DNA of 64,000 bases from Macrostomum lignano (taxonomy: Eukaryota). A program made the position numbers and the translations under genes. The first letter of the stretch is position 1, and each line of letters begins with the position of its first letter. This document shows positions 61,501 to 64,000 of the stretch, piece by piece. The notes under the pieces are model-generated. The model was not told the origin of the DNA. It worked only from the letters and a program-made list of their open reading frames with translations, and ran no database searches. Location of the stretch: contig NIVC01002769.1 in NCBI GenBank assembly GCA_002269645.1, positions 78,071-142,070 on the forward strand, in the 5' to 3' direction.

Positions 61501-64000
61501 ACAGTTTTGTTTCGATTCGTTTTCGGCTGCAGGATCAACACCCCGATCGACAAGCAATTTTACGCGATCGATGAGCATTTCCAGTTCATCTGAAGTCCAA
61601 AAGTAATTCAAATTTCTGAACAGTGCATGCAACATATTGTTGCCTTTCAAGTCAGTTTCATGCATATCTACCAGATCTTCTTGGCCCACCATTTTGACCT
61701 GCTCAAGCAGCCATCGGAAAACATCCGGAAATGTGCAGTTCATGACGGAATGGTAGAACTGGGTTTGCTGCAAATCATTGGCGACAGTCAAGCAGTCTCT
61801 CCATGAAAGTTTCTCAATCAGAACAGAGATTGTTGACAAATTTTGATAACAAAAAGCGTAATGAAGGACAGTGCTTTCATCATCATCTCTGGAGAGGAGC
61901 TGCTGTGTATTTTTGACTTCGGAAGCGAGCCACATTAGCAGTGAAGGATCCCAGCTGTTTTCAGCTGCTACGTGCAAAATTGTTCGGTTTCTGGGGCCCT
62001 CAGCGGAAACGCACTTTTGCAAACCGAGTTCATTTGCCAATGCCTGAAGAGTGTCAAATTCTTGGCATTTAAAAGCAACATACACGGCGCTTTTTCCATC
62101 GTTTGTATCAAAGAATCGCTGCTTGTCTTCGATTTCAGAAACAAGCCACAGCAGCACTGACGGATTTTCACTGTTTTTTGCTGCGGCGTGCAAAATTGTC
62201 CGACATTTGGAACCCTTAGAAGAAACACATTTTTGCAAAGTGAGCTCCGCGGCCAATGCCTGTAGAGTGTCTATTTCTTGGTAATTGAAAGCAACATACA
62301 AGGCACTTTTTCCATCCTTGTCAGGGTCGAAGAATCGCTGCTTGTCTTCTACTTCAGAAGCGAGCCACAGTAGCACTGACGGATTATATCTGTTTTCAGC
62401 TGCGACATGCAAAATTGAGCGATTCCAGGCGCTTTTCAAAGAAAAGCATTTTTTCAAATCGAGCTTAGTTGCCAGCGTACGGTTAGTGTCCAAGTTTTGA
62501 CAATTGAAAGCAACGTGCACGGCACTCTCTCCATCTTCGTCTGGATCGAAGAATTGTCTCTTATTTTTAACTTCAGAAGCGACCCACAATAGCACTGATG
62601 GATTAGATCCATTTTCAGCTGCGGCGTGCAAAATCGTCCGACATCTGGGACCCTTGGATAAAATGCACTTTTGTAGACTGAGCTTCGTTACCAATGCCTG
62701 CAGAGTGCCCGAGTTTTGGTATCTGAAAGCAACGTGCACGGGACACTCTCCATCTTCGTCTGGATCGAATAATCGCTGCTTGTCTTCTATTTCGGAAACA
62801 AGCCACAGAAGCACTGACGGATCCTCACTGTTCTCAGCTGCGGCGTGCAAAATTGTGCGATTTCTTGGTTTTTAAAGGAAACACACTTACGCAAATCGAG
62901 TTCTATAGCCAGTTCCTGAAGAGCGTCCGAGTTTTGGCAACTGAAAGCAACATACACGGCACTCTCTCCATCTTCGTCTGGATCGAAGAATTGCTGCTTG
63001 CCTTCAACTTCGGAAACGAGCCACAGCACTGACGGATCAGATCCATTTTCAGATGCGGCATGCAAGATTGTCCGACGCATGGGATCCTTGGCGGAAAGGC
63101 ATTTTTTCAAGCCAAGCTCCGTTGCCAATTCCTGAAGAGTGTCCGAGTTTTGGCATCTGAAAGCAACGTGAATGGCGCTCTCTCTATCCTCGTCTGGATC
63201 GAAGAATCGCTGCTTGTCTTCCACTTCGGAAACGAGCCACAGAAGCACTGACGGATCCTCACTGTTTTCAGCTGCGGCGTGCAAAATTGTGCGATTTCTA
63301 GGGCCTTTCACAGAAATACATTTTTTCAAGCCCAGTTCCTTTGCCAACGTCTGAAGAGTGTCCAAGTTTAAGCAGCTGAAAGCAACGTGTATGGCGCTCT
63401 CTCTATCCTCGTCTGGATCGAAGAATCGAATGCTTGTCTTCCACTTCAGAAACGAGCCACAGAAGCACTGACGGGATGGATCTGTTTTCAGCTGCAGCAT
63501 GCGAAATTGTTCTCCTTCTAGGACCCTTGGCGAAACGCAGCTTTGCAAGCCGAGCTCCGTTGTCAATGCCTGAAGAGTGTCCAACTCTTGGTAATTGAAA
63601 GCAACATACACGGCACTTTTTCCATCCTCGTCTGGATCGAAGAATCGCTGCTTGTCTCAACTTTAGCAACAAGCCACAGAAGCACTGACGGATCCTCACT
63701 GATCATTGCCGTAATGTGTAAGATCTGTCTCCCTGGCATTTGACAGATAGGCAGTTTTTTAAACTGAGCTCCGTTGCCAATGTCTGAAGATCTCCAAATC
63801 TTGATATTCGAAAGCAACATGCACGGCACTCTTTCCATCATTGTCTTTAATGAAGAACTGCTGTTTGTCTTGACTGTAGAAGCAAGCCAACGAAGCAAAT
63901 CTGGTTTTGGCTGTTTTGAGCAGATATGTGCAAGGGTGTTCTCATTCAGCATTCGGCTCTTTGATCAGCTGTTGTCCACATTTGTCCCAAATAATTTGCA
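58592..64000 (-). CDS. Ankyrin-array TRPM-like cation channel, copy 2 (5' end beyond window; exons >64000-59074 and 58885-58592; multiple frameshifts above 62850)
   Basis: 73-aa double-ankyrin units, pre-S1 DLFATECISNLVEQHW, S1-S6 with YFIDLFNYFD, TGPKINML...SDL, pore PVSLAFGMV, S6/TRP box NIVMWNLLIALFS...LWRRNLFELLQEFAEVSPVPPP, and C-terminal coiled coil. Intron AAG|GTGAGC..TTTAG|CCG is phase 0. Frame open from 62850 to the end. Confidence 0.85.

Overview
Eukaryotic (metazoan) genomic DNA with spliced GT-AG genes, GC-rich exons, AT-rich introns and many simple repeats. The gene style suggests a free-living flatworm such as Macrostomum, but that is inference only. In order: (1) 1-6.1 kb, a tandem family of secreted PAN/Apple + LamG-like genes (one partial, one pseudogene, one intact); (2) two inverted arrays of the same 15-bp minisatellite bracketing a 4-exon GalNAc-transferase, a 2-exon Shaker-type Kv channel whose S4 gating arginines R2 and R3 are histidines, and a 0.9-kb (TATC)n tract; (3) a VWA3B-like gene with a 1-nt frameshift; (4) an intact 3-exon, 977-aa ankyrin-repeat + cGAS/Mab21-like nucleotidyltransferase (cGLR) that appears only after splicing three separate ORFs; (5) a nest of transposon remnants (DIRS-like, Crypton-like, mariner, Penelope, Tc1/IS630-like, SINE); (6) two tandem paralogues of a channel joining a very long ankyrin array (about 26-28 repeats, built from a 73-aa double-ankyrin unit) to a TRPM-type pore, TRP box and coiled coil. 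The proximal copy is broken by two TSD-flanked insertions and a nonsense codon; the distal copy has an intact channel half and runs off the window. All calls are by manual translation and motif recognition; no database searches were run.
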